A stretch of DNA of 64,000 nt from Mycobacteriales bacterium (GTDB lineage: Bacteria; Actinomycetota; Actinomycetes; Mycobacteriales; SCTD01), in NCBI GenBank assembly GCA_040902655.1, contig JBBDWV010000014.1, positions 32,952-96,951 on the forward strand, given 5' to 3'. The notes under the pieces were generated by a model that was not told where the DNA came from, ran no database searches, and saw only the letters and a program-made list of their open reading frames with translations. Shown in pieces: positions 44,638 to 54,494 of the stretch (position 1 is the stretch's first letter; each line of letters starts with the position of its first letter). A program made the translations under genes and the position numbers.

Positions 44638-45957
44638 ATGAGCGACCGTCCTCGCCTGACCGTCATCGGCACCGGCTACCTGGGAGCCACGCACGCCGTC
44701 TGCATGGCCGAGCTCGGCTTCGAGGTGCTCGGGCTGGACGTGCTGCCGGAGAAGGTGGCGGCGCTGCAGTCGGGGACGGTGCCGTTCTACGAGCCCGGCC
44801 TCCCGGAGCTGCTGCAGAAGACCCTCGACTCCGGCCGGCTGCGCTTCACGACCTCCTACGAGGAGGCCGGGGAGTTCGGCGACGTGCACTTCGTCTGCGT
44901 GGGGACGCCGCAGAAGAAGAGCGAGTACGCCGCCGACATGACCTACGTCGACGCCGCCTTCACCGCCCTGATCCCGCACGCGAAGGCGGGGGCCCTGCTG
45001 GTCGGCAAGTCCACCGTGCCGGCCGGTACCGCCGAGCGGCTGGCCGCGCAGATCGAGCGGATGCGGGGCAGCGAGCTGGAGCTGGCCTGGAACCCGGAGT
45101 TCCTGCGCGAGGGCTTCGCCGTCCAGGACACCCTCACCCCGGACCGCCTGGTGTTCGGGGTGCGCTCGGCCCGGGCCGAGGAGCAGCTGCGGACGGCGTT
45201 CGCGCCCGTCATCGAGCACCCGACTCCCGTCGTCGTCACCGACTTCGCGACCGCGCAGCTGGTCAAGGTCGCCGCGAACGCCTTCCTGGCCACCAAGATC
45301 TCCTTCATCAACGCGATGGCCGAGGTCTGCGAGGCCACCGGCGGTGACGTGACACTGCTGAGCAAGGCGCTGTCGTACGACACCCGCATCGGCGGGCGGT
45401 TCCTGCACGCGGGGCTCGGCTTCGGAGGTGGCTGCCTGCCCAAGGACATCCGCGCGTTCATGGCCCGGGCGGGCGAGCTCGGGGTGGACCAGGCGCTGTC
45501 GTTCCTCAAGGAGGTCGACGCGATCAACCTGCGCCGCCGGGCCCGCATGATCGACCTGGCCCGCGAGCTGTGCGGCGGCAGCTTCGGCGGCATGCGGGTT
45601 TCGGTGCTGGGCGCGGCCTTCAAGCCCAACAGCGACGACATCCGCGACAGCCCCGCGCTCGATGTCGCCGCCAGCATCCAGAAGCAGGGCGCCGCCGTCT
45701 GCCTCTACGACCCCGAGGCGATGGACAACGCCCGGATCAAGCATCCCCAGCTGGGCTACCGCGACTCGGCCGTCGAGGCCGCGAAGGGCGCCGACATCGT
45801 GCTGCACCTGACCGAGTGGGCGGAGTTCCGCGAGATGGACCCGGCGGTGTTGTCCGAGGTGGTCTCCGTCAGGCGCATCGTGGACGGCCGCAACGCCCTG
45901 GACCCCGAGAGATGGCGTGCCGCCGGCTGGACCTATCGCGCTCTCGGTCGCCCCTGA
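44638..45957 (+). CDS. UDP-glucose/GDP-mannose dehydrogenase family protein, probably UDP-glucose 6-dehydrogenase
   Basis: In-frame part of ORF 44587..45957 from the ATG at 44638. LTVIGTGYLGATHAVCMAELGFEV, catalytic-Cys region GFGGGCLPKD. Confidence 0.85.
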   Translation: MSDRPRLTVIGTGYLGATHAVCMAELGFEVLGLDVLPEKVAALQSGTVPFYEPGLPELLQKTLDSGRLRFTTSYEEAGEFGDVHFVCVGTPQKKSEYAADMTYVDAAFTALIPHAKAGALLVGKSTVPAGTAERLAAQIERMRGSELELAWNPEFLREGFAVQDTLTPDRLVFGVRSARAEEQLRTAFAPVIEHPTPVVVTDFATAQLVKVAANAFLATKISFINAMAEVCEATGGDVTLLSKALSYDTRIGGRFLHAGLGFGGGCLPKDIRAFMARAGELGVDQALSFLKEVDAINLRRRARMIDLARELCGGSFGGMRVSVLGAAFKPNSDDIRDSPALDVAASIQKQGAAVCLYDPEAMDNARIKHPQLGYRDSAVEAAKGADIVLHLTEWAEFREMDPAVLSEVVSVRRIVDGRNALDPERWRAAGWTYRALGRP

Positions 45958-45985
45958 GGCTGCTGCATCCGGGCAGGGAGGCCGG

Positions 45986-46192
45986 TCAGCCGTACGACCC
46001 GGACCGCACGATGCCGTCGACGACGGTCAGCCGGATCCGGTTCGGCCGGAAGTCCGCCGTCAGGATGGCCCCCGGGCCGTGCGGCTGGACGACGAAGTCG
46101 GCTGCCTCACCGATCCGGACCGCCTCCTGCACCGGCAGCCCGTGCAGCTGCTCGATCAGTGCCCGCGCTGTCTCGGCCGTCTCGTCGTCCAT
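45986..46192 (-). CDS. small protein, I78-family peptidase-inhibitor-like
   Basis: 68 aa. AILTADFRPNRIRLTVVDGIVRSGSYG resembles the I78 pattern (T-x-D-(F/Y)-R-x-(D/N)-R-(L/I)-x-(I/V)). Family assignment from memory only. Confidence 0.55.
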   Translation of the reverse strand: MDDETAETARALIEQLHGLPVQEAVRIGEAADFVVQPHGPGAILTADFRPNRIRLTVVDGIVRSGSYG

Positions 46193-46204
46193 GCGTCCAG
46201 CCTC

Positions 46205-46702
46205 TCAGGTGCGCAGCTGGTCCTGCAGCGCGACGTCCTTGGCCCGGGCCGTCTCGGCCAGCCGCTCCTGGAATCGTCGCATCTGTTCGAGCAGCTCCGG
46301 GTCGCCGGCGCCGAGGATGCGCACCGCGAGCAGCCCGGCGTTGCGCGCGCCACCGACCGAGACGGTTGCCACCGGTACGCCGGCCGGCATCTGCACGATC
46401 GACAGCAGCGAGTCCAGGCCGTCCAGGTGCTGGAGCGGGACCGGCACGCCGATGACCGGCAGCGGGGTCATCGAGGCGACCATTCCCGGCAGGTGTGCGG
46501 CTCCACCGGCGCCGGCGACGACGACCCGCAGCCCGCGCGTGTCCGCCGTGGCAGCCCAGTCGAGCATGTCGCGCGGGGTGCGGTGCGCCGAGAGCACCCG
46601 CGCCTCGTACGGCACGCCGAACTCCTCCAGCGCCTGCGCGGCAGCCGACATCACCGGCCAGTCCGAGTCGCTGCCCATCACGACACCTACGCGTCCAGCC
46701 AC
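46205..46702 (-). CDS. purE: 5-(carboxyamino)imidazole ribonucleotide mutase
   Basis: In-frame part of ORF 46205..46939 from the GTG at 46702. [27 protein letters not shown]. Confidence 0.9.
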   Translation of the reverse strand: MAGRVGVVMGSDSDWPVMSAAAQALEEFGVPYEARVLSAHRTPRDMLDWAATADTRGLRVVVAGAGGAAHLPGMVASMTPLPVIGVPVPLQHLDGLDSLLSIVQMPAGVPVATVSVGGARNAGLLAVRILGAGDPELLEQMRRFQERLAETARAKDVALQDQLRT

Positions 46703-47865
46703 GCGCCCGTCCTCAGGTAGTGCGCGCCGACCTGCGCGCGCCGTCGTACGGCCTCGAGATCGTCGCCGAGAGCGGTCACGTGTCCGATCTTGCGGCCGGC
46801 CCGCACCGTCTTGCCGTAGAGGTGCACCTTCAGCGCCGGATCGCGGCCGAAGAGCAGGTGCAGCCGGCGGTCGAGGTCGCCCTCCCCTGCGTCCCCGGCG
46901 CTGTCGTCGCCGCCGAGCAGGTTGGCCATGACCACCCACGGCGCCGTCAGTGTCGTCGCCCCGAGCGGGTAGTCGAGCACCGCCCGCAGGTGCTGCTCGA
47001 ACTGGGAGGTGCGTGCTCCTTCGATGGTCCAGTGGGCGCTGTTGTGCGGCCGCATGGCCAGCTCGTTCACCAGCAGCCCCGCACTGGTGTCGAACAGCTC
47101 GACGGCCAGCACGCCCACGACGTCGAGCTCGTCGGCCAGCCGCAGCGCGATGCCCTGCGCCTCGAGCGCCTGCTCCTCCGACAGGTCCGGCGCCGGAGCG
47201 ATCACCTCGATACAGATGCCGTCGGACTGCACCGTCTCGACGACCGGCCAGGCCGCACCCTGCCCGTACGGCGAACGCGCGACGACCGCGGCGAGCTCAC
47301 GCCGCAGCGGCACCAGCTGCTCGGCCACCAGCCGGACCCCGCTCGCGACGATCTCCGCCGCCCCGGCGGCGTCGCTGACCACCCACACGCCCTTGCCGTC
47401 ATAGCCGCCGGTGGCCGCCTTGAGCACCAGTGGCCAACCGACGTGGTGTGCGAACCCCTCGATGTCCCGCACCGTCGCGACCGGCGTGAACGGCGGTACG
47501 GCCACACCGAGCGCGGCCAGCCGCTCACGCATGACCAGCTTGTCCTGCGCGTGCCGCAGTGCGGCGGACCCGGGACAGATGCGCAGCCCCTCGTCCTCCA
47601 GCGCCTCGAGCAGCCCGCCCGGCACGTGCTCATGGTCGAAGGTCACGACCTCGCAGCCCTGCGCGAACGCACGGAGGTCGTCCAGCGACGTGTGGTCGCC
47701 GACGGTGACGCCCCGGGCGACCAGCGCGGCGCTGTCGTGGGAGGCGTCGGCGAGCACCCGCAAGGACAGGCCGAGGGCGATGGAGGCCTGGTGGGTCATC
47801 CGGGACAGCTGGCCACCGCCGACCATGCCGACGACGGGGAGCCCCATCGGGCCGCGGATCGCCAT
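46687..47865 (-). CDS. purK: 5-(carboxyamino)imidazole ribonucleotide synthase
   Basis: In-frame part of ORF 46687..48147 from the ATG at 47865. [15 protein letters not shown]-grasp body. Position upstream of purE. Confidence 0.9.
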   Translation of the reverse strand: MAIRGPMGLPVVGMVGGGQLSRMTHQASIALGLSLRVLADASHDSAALVARGVTVGDHTSLDDLRAFAQGCEVVTFDHEHVPGGLLEALEDEGLRICPGSAALRHAQDKLVMRERLAALGVAVPPFTPVATVRDIEGFAHHVGWPLVLKAATGGYDGKGVWVVSDAAGAAEIVASGVRLVAEQLVPLRRELAAVVARSPYGQGAAWPVVETVQSDGICIEVIAPAPDLSEEQALEAQGIALRLADELDVVGVLAVELFDTSAGLLVNELAMRPHNSAHWTIEGARTSQFEQHLRAVLDYPLGATTLTAPWVVMANLLGGDDSAGDAGEGDLDRRLHLLFGRDPALKVHLYGKTVRAGRKIGHVTALGDDLEAVRRRAQVGAHYLRTGAWLDA

Positions 47866-47875
47866 GCTCGCGAGG

Positions 47876-48694
47876 TTAGCGGGCGCGCGCCGAGGTGCCG
47901 ACGAGCCGGACGCCGAGCCGGGCCACGGTCTCCTCGTCGACCCCGAGCGACATGGCCAGCCCGTGCGGCCCGCCGTAGTCCCTGTCGACGGCGTCGAGGA
48001 AGCTCTCCATCGACGAGGCGACCGGGGTGATGTCGGCGACCGAGACGCCGGCCAGGCCGGGACCGTAGGCGTCGGTCGCGGCGAGTCTGCCGAGGATCTG
48101 CTCGGCCCGCTCCGCACTGCGGACGTAATCGGCGACCACCGCGTCACGGGTCACACCGACCAGGGACAGGGCCAACGCGACCACCACGCCGGTGCGGTCC
48201 TTGCCGGCCGCACAGTGCACGACGGCGGTGCCGATGGAGGGCTCGGCGAGCACGCGCAGCGCCCGGGCGACGTTGGCGCCGGCCTCGGTGACGTAGCCGA
48301 CGTAGTGCCCGGCGAGGTCGTTCGGTGTCTTCTGCCGACGGCGCGGGGGGAGCACCGGCAGCGCCCTCGCCGCGACCGCGTCCTCGAGGGCGCGCTCCAC
48401 CTCGGCCTCGTCCGGCTCGCCGTCCCACTCGGGAATCAGCGAGAGATGGTGGTGCACCAGGCCGGCCCCCGCGAGCGGACCAGGTCCGGTCAGGTGCAGC
48501 TCGCCGGTGCTGCGCAGGTCCACGACGGTACGCAGGTGCAGCCCGTGCACCAGGCGCGCGACGTCGGCTTCGCTGAGGTCCTGCAGGTTGTCCGCGCGCA
48601 GCAGGACGCCGTCGCGGGTGGTACGTCCGTCGATGGTCGGCAGTCCGCCGAGGTCGCGCACGTTGACGGCCCCGTCGAGGTCGATCCAGCCCAT
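47876..48694 (-). CDS. tyrosine-protein phosphatase (Y_phosphatase3-like)
   Basis: 272 aa. CX5R P-loop HCAAGKDRTG. N-terminus VNVRDLGGLPTIDGRTTRDGVLLRADNL. Confidence 0.8.
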   Translation of the reverse strand: MGWIDLDGAVNVRDLGGLPTIDGRTTRDGVLLRADNLQDLSEADVARLVHGLHLRTVVDLRSTGELHLTGPGPLAGAGLVHHHLSLIPEWDGEPDEAEVERALEDAVAARALPVLPPRRRQKTPNDLAGHYVGYVTEAGANVARALRVLAEPSIGTAVVHCAAGKDRTGVVVALALSLVGVTRDAVVADYVRSAERAEQILGRLAATDAYGPGLAGVSVADITPVASSMESFLDAVDRDYGGPHGLAMSLGVDEETVARLGVRLVGTSARAR

Positions 48695-49845
48695 CAGAGC
48701 CCCAGCTCGCGGGCGATCAGCATGAGCTGGACCTCGCTGGTCCCCTCACCGATCTCGAGGATCTTGCTGTCCCGGTAGTGCCGCGCGACCGGGTAGTCGT
48801 TCATGAATCCGTAGCCCCCATGGATCTGCGTGGCGTCGCGGGCGTTGTCCATCGCCGCCTCGCTGCTGATCAGCTTCGCGATGGCAGCCTCCTTCTTGAA
48901 CGGCAGACCGGCCTGCATCCTCGCTGCCGCGTCGTAGTAGGCGGTGCGGGCGACGTGTACCCGCGCCTCCATCCGGGCGATCTTGAAGGCGATCGCCTGG
49001 TGCTGCCCGATCGGCCGGCCGAAGGCCTCGCGCTGCTGGGCGTACCGCACGCTCTCGTCGACACAGCCCTGCGCCGCACCGACCGCCAGCGCGCTGATGG
49101 CGATGCGCCCCTCGTCCAGGATGTGCAGGAAGTTGGCATAGCCGCGGCCGCGCTCGCCGAGCAGGTTCTCCTCTGGGACCCGCACGTCCACGAAGGTCAG
49201 CGGGTGGGTGTCGGAGGCGTTCCAGCCGACCTTGTCGTAGGCCGGCTCGGCCGTGAAGCCCTGGACCGGCACCGGCACCAGGATGGTGCTGATCTCCTTC
49301 CTGCCGGTGGACGTCCGGCCGGTCACGGCGGTGACGGTGACCAGCGTCGTGACCTCCGTGCCGGAGTTGGTGATGAACGCCTTGCTGCCGTTGATCACCC
49401 ACTGCCCCTCCTCGAGCCGGGCGGTGGTGCGGGTGCCGCCCGCGTCGCTGCCCGCTCCCGGCTCGGTGAGGCCGAACGCGCCCAGCGCCTGCCCCGAGCA
49501 GAGCGACGGCAGCCACTGCTGCTTCTGCTCCTCGGTGCCGAAGCGGTAGATCGGCATCGCACCGAGCGAGCAGCCGGCCTCCAGCGTGATCGCGACGCTC
49601 TGGTCGACCCGCGCCAGTTCCTCGATCACCAGACACAACGCGAAGTAGTCGCCGCCCATCCCGCCGTACTCCTCGGGAAAGGGCAGTCCGAACAGGCCCA
49701 TCTCGCCCATCGCACGCACCACGGCGTACGGGAAGGTCCTGCTCGCGTCGTGGTGCGCGGCCACCGGCGCGACGACCTCGCGGGCGAACGCCTCGACCGT
49801 CTTGCGGAGCGACTGCTGCTCCTCGGTCAGTCGGGTGTCCAGCAC
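48694..49845 (-). CDS. acyl-CoA dehydrogenase
   Basis: In-frame part of ORF 48694..50250. GTG at 49845 with an AGGAG SD. GGYGFMNDYPVARHYRDSKILEIGEGTSEVQLM. Its stop shares 1 nt with the PTP start. Confidence 0.9.
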   Translation of the reverse strand: MLDTRLTEEQQSLRKTVEAFAREVVAPVAAHHDASRTFPYAVVRAMGEMGLFGLPFPEEYGGMGGDYFALCLVIEELARVDQSVAITLEAGCSLGAMPIYRFGTEEQKQQWLPSLCSGQALGAFGLTEPGAGSDAGGTRTTARLEEGQWVINGSKAFITNSGTEVTTLVTVTAVTGRTSTGRKEISTILVPVPVQGFTAEPAYDKVGWNASDTHPLTFVDVRVPEENLLGERGRGYANFLHILDEGRIAISALAVGAAQGCVDESVRYAQQREAFGRPIGQHQAIAFKIARMEARVHVARTAYYDAAARMQAGLPFKKEAAIAKLISSEAAMDNARDATQIHGGYGFMNDYPVARHYRDSKILEIGEGTSEVQLMLIARELGL

Positions 49846-49942
49846 GGCGCTCCTCCGCTCGACAGGTGGGGGACCATCGTCCCATGCGGAGCCGTCGCCA
49901 CACACCGGGCTAGGCTGACCGGATGACCGGACCTGCCGCCGG

Positions 49943-50461
49943 ATGAGCCTCGTCTCGTCGCTCGTCGACCGCTTCCGCGTGCTGTTCAGCGAGTTGGCGA
50001 AGTTCGGCACGGTCGGCTTCGTCAGCCTGCTGGTCGACCTGGCGATCTTCAACCTGATCCTGCACCTGGCGCCGGACAAGCCGTTGACCGCGAAGGTCTG
50101 CTCGACGGTCGTCTCGGCGACCAATGCCTTCGTGCTCAACCGCATCTGGTCGTTCAGGCACCGCGAGCGCACCACCCTGCGCCGGGAGTACAGCCTGTTC
50201 GTCGTGCTGAACGGGATCGGCCTCGGCATCGCGCTGCTGTGCCTGGCCATCTCGCACTACGCGCTCGGCTTCGAGTCCCGGCTGGCCGACAACATCGCCG
50301 CCAACGGGGTCGGCCTGGTGCTCGGGACGACGTTTCGCTTCTGGAGCTATCGCAGGTTCGTCTGGGCAGCGCCGACAGAGGTCGAGGAGGCCGCCGCCGA
50401 CGGCGACCCGGCCGCGGCGGCGGTGCTCGAGGAGTTGCACGAGGGGCGGCTGCACCGGTAG
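49943..50461 (+). CDS. GtrA-family membrane protein
   Basis: 172 aa. FGTVGFVSLLVDLAIFNLIL, RIWSFRHRERT, four TM spans. Confidence 0.8.
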   Translation: MSLVSSLVDRFRVLFSELAKFGTVGFVSLLVDLAIFNLILHLAPDKPLTAKVCSTVVSATNAFVLNRIWSFRHRERTTLRREYSLFVVLNGIGLGIALLCLAISHYALGFESRLADNIAANGVGLVLGTTFRFWSYRRFVWAAPTEVEEAAADGDPAAAAVLEELHEGRLHR

Positions 50462-50530
50462 CTCAGGTGCGCACCGACGCCGGTGTGCCGCCGCGTGCTG
50501 TACCGCCGTCCCGCGTCGTACGGTTCCGCC

Positions 50531-50848
50531 GTGGCGATCCTCGTCGACCCGGCGGTGTGGCCGTGGCGGGGGCAGCTCTGGTCGCACCTGGTCAGCGACG
50601 TCTCCTACGACGAACTGCATGCCTTCGCCGCTGACCTGGGCGTTCCACGGCGCGCCTTCCAGGGTGACCACTACGACATCCCCGCGTCGCTGCGTGGACA
50701 CGCGCTCGCCCTCGGCGCCGAGCCCGTGAGGGCTCGCGAGCTGCTGACGCGGCTCAAGGCGGCGGGGCTGCGCCGAGGCGGGCCAGCTCGTCGTGCAGGT
50801 TCCGCCGCGCCACTGCGTCCCACCGCCGATGCGCCCGCTCCCCCGTGA
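50531..50848 (+). CDS. DUF4031-domain protein
   Basis: In-frame part of ORF 50483..50848 from the GTG at 50531. VAILVDPAVWPWRGQLWSHLVSDVSYDELHAFAADLGVPRRAFQGDHYDIP. Confidence 0.7.
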   Translation: MAILVDPAVWPWRGQLWSHLVSDVSYDELHAFAADLGVPRRAFQGDHYDIPASLRGHALALGAEPVRARELLTRLKAAGLRRGGPARRAGSAAPLRPTADAPAPP

Positions 50849-51386
50849 ACAGACGCGGCCGCGCCGCCAGCCGGCCCAGCACCGCCACCCGGCCGCTCCG
50901 GAAGGCCCCGTCGTCGAGGTGGACGTACTCCCGCCGGACCGCCTCCGCATAGGCCCGGTAGCGGGCGGGGGGCGAGGCCAGGACGGCCAGGTCGGCGTCG
51001 CACAGCAGCGCACCGGAGTCGTCGCCCGCAGCCGGGTCGTGGGTGGCCGTCAGCAGCACCAGCCGGACGACCTCCGCGACGTCCTCGGCCGCCAGCCCGA
51101 GCCGTCCCAGCACCGTCGCTGCCAGCCCGGCACTGCGCTCCTCGTTGTCGGTCCGGGTCGGGTCGTAGACCGCGTCGTGCCAGTACGCGGCACACAGCAC
51201 CGGTGCGGGCGCCGCCACGCCGGCGGTCGAGGACTGCAGCGCCTCCAGCACCTCCGACAGGTGCCGCCGGTCGTGGTAGCGGCGGTGTGGTTCGGCGTAG
51301 CGCGCCAGCAGGGCCCGGCCCTGCTGGCGCACCTCGGGACTGTCGCCGAGCAGGTCGGTCCACGGTTGCAGCAGCAGGTCGTCCAC
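50754..51386 (-). CDS. HD-domain metal-dependent phosphohydrolase-like protein
   Basis: In-frame part of ORF 50754..52007 from the GTG at 51386. RRYHDRRHLSEVL, AAYWHDAVYD. Confidence 0.7.
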   Translation of the reverse strand: MDDLLLQPWTDLLGDSPEVRQQGRALLARYAEPHRRYHDRRHLSEVLEALQSSTAGVAAPAPVLCAAYWHDAVYDPTRTDNEERSAGLAATVLGRLGLAAEDVAEVVRLVLLTATHDPAAGDDSGALLCDADLAVLASPPARYRAYAEAVRREYVHLDDGAFRSGRVAVLGRLAARPRLFTGERAHRRWDAVARRNLHDELARLGAAPPP

Positions 51387-51420
51387 CGGCTCATCGTGGC
51401 GCCTGGGGCAGCCGGTCGGC

Positions 51421-51855
51421 CTACGCGCCCCCCAGATCCGGCACCGTGAGGGTGCCGTCCTCGGCCAGCGGGAAGCCCGGATTGTGCGCGATCTCCCAGA
51501 CGTGGCCGTCCGGGTCGCGGAAACAGCCTGCGTAGCCGCCGTAGAAGGTCTCGGCGGCCGGTCTGGTGACGGTGGCGCCTGCGGCGGCCGCCTCGGACAG
51601 CACCTCGTCGACCTGCTGTCTGGAGCGCACGTTGTGCGCAAGGGCGACGCCGCCGAAGCGCGAGCCCTGCTCGTCCTCGACCCCCGCGTCGCGCGCGAGG
51701 CTGTCCCGCGCCCAGAGGACCAGCGCGAGACCGCCGACCTGGAAGAACACGGTCTGCTGGACCTCCTGGCCGCGCCAGCCCAGCCGCTCGTAGAAGGACC
51801 GGGCGCGGGCGAGGTCGGTGGTGCCGAGCGTGACCATGCTGACGCGCTGCTCCAT
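51421..51855 (-). CDS. VOC-family (glyoxalase/bleomycin-resistance fold) protein
   Basis: In-frame part of ORF 51421..52023 from the ATG at 51855. VTLGTTDLARARSFYERLGW, FRDPDGHVWEIAHNP. Confidence 0.8.
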   Translation of the reverse strand: MEQRVSMVTLGTTDLARARSFYERLGWRGQEVQQTVFFQVGGLALVLWARDSLARDAGVEDEQGSRFGGVALAHNVRSRQQVDEVLSEAAAAGATVTRPAAETFYGGYAGCFRDPDGHVWEIAHNPGFPLAEDGTLTVPDLGGA

Positions 51856-51920
51856 GGGGGGACGGTAGTGCCAGCGGTCCTGCTGCCGGGCGCGCTGCGG
51901 AACCCAGCGGAGGCCGACAC

Positions 51921-51976
51921 CAAGATCTTCGGAACATCCACAGGGCCAGGCTCCTGTGGATGTTCCGAAGATCTTG
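51921..51976. repeat. 23-bp perfect inverted repeat (24 bp with one extra G-C pair), comparatively AT-rich
   Basis: caagatcttcggaacatccacag (51921-51943) and its exact reverse complement ctgtggatgttccgaagatcttg (51954-51976). Lies in the 199-bp spacer between the gpx stop and the VOC start. Confidence 0.9.
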
Positions 51977-52054
51977 CTCGGGCGGGGCGGCACCGCTGGA
52001 CACCCACGACCAGGTGCCGTCACCTGCGGCGGCGGTAGCGGTCCTGCTGCCGGC

Positions 52055-52540
52055 TCAGCCGGCGCCGAGCCCGTCCAGGGCGCGGGAGATCGCGGGGTCG
52101 TCCGGCTCGACCTTCGGGCGGAACCGCGCGACGGCCTCCCCCGACGGCGACAGCAGCCACTTCTCGAAGTTCCACTGCACGTCGCCCGCGACGCCGTCGG
52201 CGTCCGGCACCGCGATGAGCGTGTCGAACAGCGGCGCCCGGTCGGGGCCGTTCACGTCCGTCTTGGCCAGCAGCGGGAAGCTCACGCCGTACGTCGCCGA
52301 GCAGAACTGCTCGATCTCCTCGGCGCTCCCCGGCTCCTGACCCTTGAACTGGTTGCACGGCACGCCGATCACGACGAGGTCCTCGCGCTGCGCGTGCAGC
52401 GCCTGAAGTCCGGTGTACTGCGGGGTGAGGCCGCACTTCGACGCGACGTTGACGATCAGCGCCGCCTTGCCACCGGTGAGGGCGCCGAGGCTGGTGCGTT
52501 CGCCGGACAGGGTCTCGACCTGGAGATCGTGCAGGGACAA
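52055..52540 (-). CDS. glutathione peroxidase
   Basis: In-frame part of ORF 52055..53299. TTG at 52540 with GAAGGAGAA upstream. NVASKCGLTPQY, VIGVPCNQFKGQEPG, WNFEKWL. Confidence 0.88.
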   Translation of the reverse strand: MSLHDLQVETLSGERTSLGALTGGKAALIVNVASKCGLTPQYTGLQALHAQREDLVVIGVPCNQFKGQEPGSAEEIEQFCSATYGVSFPLLAKTDVNGPDRAPLFDTLIAVPDADGVAGDVQWNFEKWLLSPSGEAVARFRPKVEPDDPAISRALDGLGAG

Positions 52541-52578
52541 GGTGGTTCTCCTTCTGGCTGGAGCGGGGTCTTCGCTGG

Positions 52579-53493
52579 CTAGAGCGGGGTGAGACGGGTA
52601 CGGGGACCGGCGCGCAGGACCTGGGACGGCAGGGCGCGGCCGACCAGGCGCTCGGCCTCGCGGGCGGCACCGAGCAGCGCGTCGAGGTCGACGCCGGTGT
52701 CGACGCCCATGTCCTCGACCATGTGGACGAGGTCCTCGGTGCAGACGTTGCCGGTCGCGCCCGGCGCGTAGGGGCAGCCACCGAGACCGCCCACGGAGGC
52801 GTCGAAGTCGACGACGCCGAGCTGCAGGGCGGCGAGCACGTTGGCCAGCCCGGTGCCGCGGGTGTTGTGGAAGTGCAGGTTCAACTCGACGTCCGGGAAG
52901 CGCATCCGGGTCTCCCCCACGAGCGCGGTGACCCGACCCGGGGTCGCCATGCCGGTCGTGTCGCCGTACGACAGCCCGTCCGCGCCGTCGGCGAGCGCGC
53001 GACCGGCGACAGCGAGCACCCGCTCGACCGGGACCTCGCCCTCGTACGGACAGCCGAAGGCGGTCGCGACGACGATCTGGCAGCTTGCCCCCACGGCGTG
53101 CGCGGCCGCTACCGACTCGGCGATGTCGTCGAGCGACTGCTCCGTCGTCCGGTTGAGGTTCTTGCCGTTGTGGGTGTCCGAGGCCGACACGACGACCTCG
53201 ATCTCCTGGAAGCCCGCCTCGAGCGCCCGCTGCGCACCGCGCAGGTTCGGCACCAGCGCCGAGTAGCGCACGGAGGCCGCCTTCTCGACGGCAGCCCACA
53301 CCTGCGCCGCGTCGGCCATCGACGGGATCGCCTTCGGGTGCACGAAGGAAACCGCCTCGATGCGGCCGACGCCGGTGCCCGACAGCGCATCGATGAGCGC
53401 GACCTTGCTCGCGGTCGGCACGGGCGCCTCGTTCTGCAGCCCGTCGCGCGGGCCGACCTCACGCAGGCTGATGCGCTCCGGGAGGTCGCTCAT
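52579..53493 (-). CDS. hydroxymethylglutaryl-CoA lyase
   Basis: 304 aa. REVGPRDGLQNE, LHFHNTRGTGLANVLAAL. Confidence 0.9.
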   Translation of the reverse strand: MSDLPERISLREVGPRDGLQNEAPVPTASKVALIDALSGTGVGRIEAVSFVHPKAIPSMADAAQVWAAVEKAASVRYSALVPNLRGAQRALEAGFQEIEVVVSASDTHNGKNLNRTTEQSLDDIAESVAAAHAVGASCQIVVATAFGCPYEGEVPVERVLAVAGRALADGADGLSYGDTTGMATPGRVTALVGETRMRFPDVELNLHFHNTRGTGLANVLAALQLGVVDFDASVGGLGGCPYAPGATGNVCTEDLVHMVEDMGVDTGVDLDALLGAAREAERLVGRALPSQVLRAGPRTRLTPL

Positions 53494-53645
53494 ACCTCGA
53501 CGCTAGTACGGCGCACCCGGTGCAGAGCGGTCGGGCAGGTGCCGGATCACCGGCTGCGGCGTAGCGTCCGGCGCATGATCCGGCGGCACGCCATCTCTCT
53601 CGCCCCGCAGGGCGGACCGGCCCCCCAAGGATCCGGCAGGTCCCG

Positions 53646-54494
53646 ATGAGGCTCCTCGTCCCCCTCGGGCTGGCAGGTGTCCTGCTGGCCGGCTGCAGCG
53701 ACCAGACGCCGACAGCGCCACCGGAACCGTCCGCCACGCCCCCATCCCCCGCCGGCACGCCGGCCGCTGCCTCGCCCTCGGCTCCTGCCGCGGCACAGGC
53801 CCGCGCCGTCTACTGGCTCGGCGCCTCCAAGGAGCCGCGCGGGCCCCGGCTCTACCGGGAGTTCGTCCGTCGCCCGGCCGGCCCGGATCCCGTACGCGAT
53901 GCGCTGGAGACGATGTTCGGCTCCGAGCCGAAGGACCCGGACTACACCTCGTTGTGGGCCGAGGGGACGACCGTGCGGGACGTGCGCCGGGACGGCACGA
54001 CGGCGGTCGTCGACCTGTCCCGCGAGGCGCTGCAGAGCGGCGGAGGGTCGGGCTTCGAGGGGGCGAGCATCCAGCAGCTCGTGCACACGGTGACCGCGGC
54101 GGACCCCGACGTCCGGGCGGTGCAGTTGCTGGTGGACGGCGAGCGCGTCGAGACCCTTTGGGGCCACGCCGATCTGACGAAACCGGTCTCGCGGGCGCCG
54201 GCGGCCGAGGTGCTCGGTCCGGTGTGGCTCGACGTCGAGGAGGGCGGCACGATCCGCGGCGACTTCGGCGGCACCGCAACTGTCTTCGAGGCAACTGTCT
54301 CCTGGGAGTTCCGGCAGGGCGACCGCGTCGTGCAGGAGGGTTTCAGCACCGCCTCGGAGGGCGCACCGGGCCGCGGTGACTGGACCGGCACCGCCGACGT
54401 GCCGCCGGGCGACTACGAGCTGTGGGCGTACGAGAGCTCGGCCAGGGACGGGTCGGTCACCTGGCTGGACACCAAGCGGGTGACCGTCAGCTGA
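53646..54494 (+). CDS. GerMN-domain lipoprotein with C-terminal Ig-like (Gmad2-type) domain
   Basis: 282 aa. Lipobox GVLLAGCS, VYWLGASKEPRGPRLYREF, GTATVFEATVSWEFRQGD. Confidence 0.7.
   Translation: MRLLVPLGLAGVLLAGCSDQTPTAPPEPSATPPSPAGTPAAASPSAPAAAQARAVYWLGASKEPRGPRLYREFVRRPAGPDPVRDALETMFGSEPKDPDYTSLWAEGTTVRDVRRDGTTAVVDLSREALQSGGGSGFEGASIQQLVHTVTAADPDVRAVQLLVDGERVETLWGHADLTKPVSRAPAAEVLGPVWLDVEEGGTIRGDFGGTATVFEATVSWEFRQGDRVVQEGFSTASEGAPGRGDWTGTADVPPGDYELWAYESSARDGSVTWLDTKRVTVS

Noticed and set aside
51938-51946. Shared 8-mer CCACAGGG between the 51921 palindrome and the loops of the REP-like elements (9579-9586, 9645-9652 variant, 57031-57038)
   Set aside because: An 8-mer is short enough to recur by chance in 64 kb of GC-rich DNA, and the arms are otherwise unrelated. 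Not treated as one family.
53539-53589. Imperfect inverted repeat GTGCCGGATCA ... TGATCCGG(CG)CAC in the divergent HMG-CoA lyase / GerMN promoter region
   Set aside because: The arms are short and interrupted by a 3-nt bulge, and GATCCGG-type strings are common here. Too weak to call an operator.
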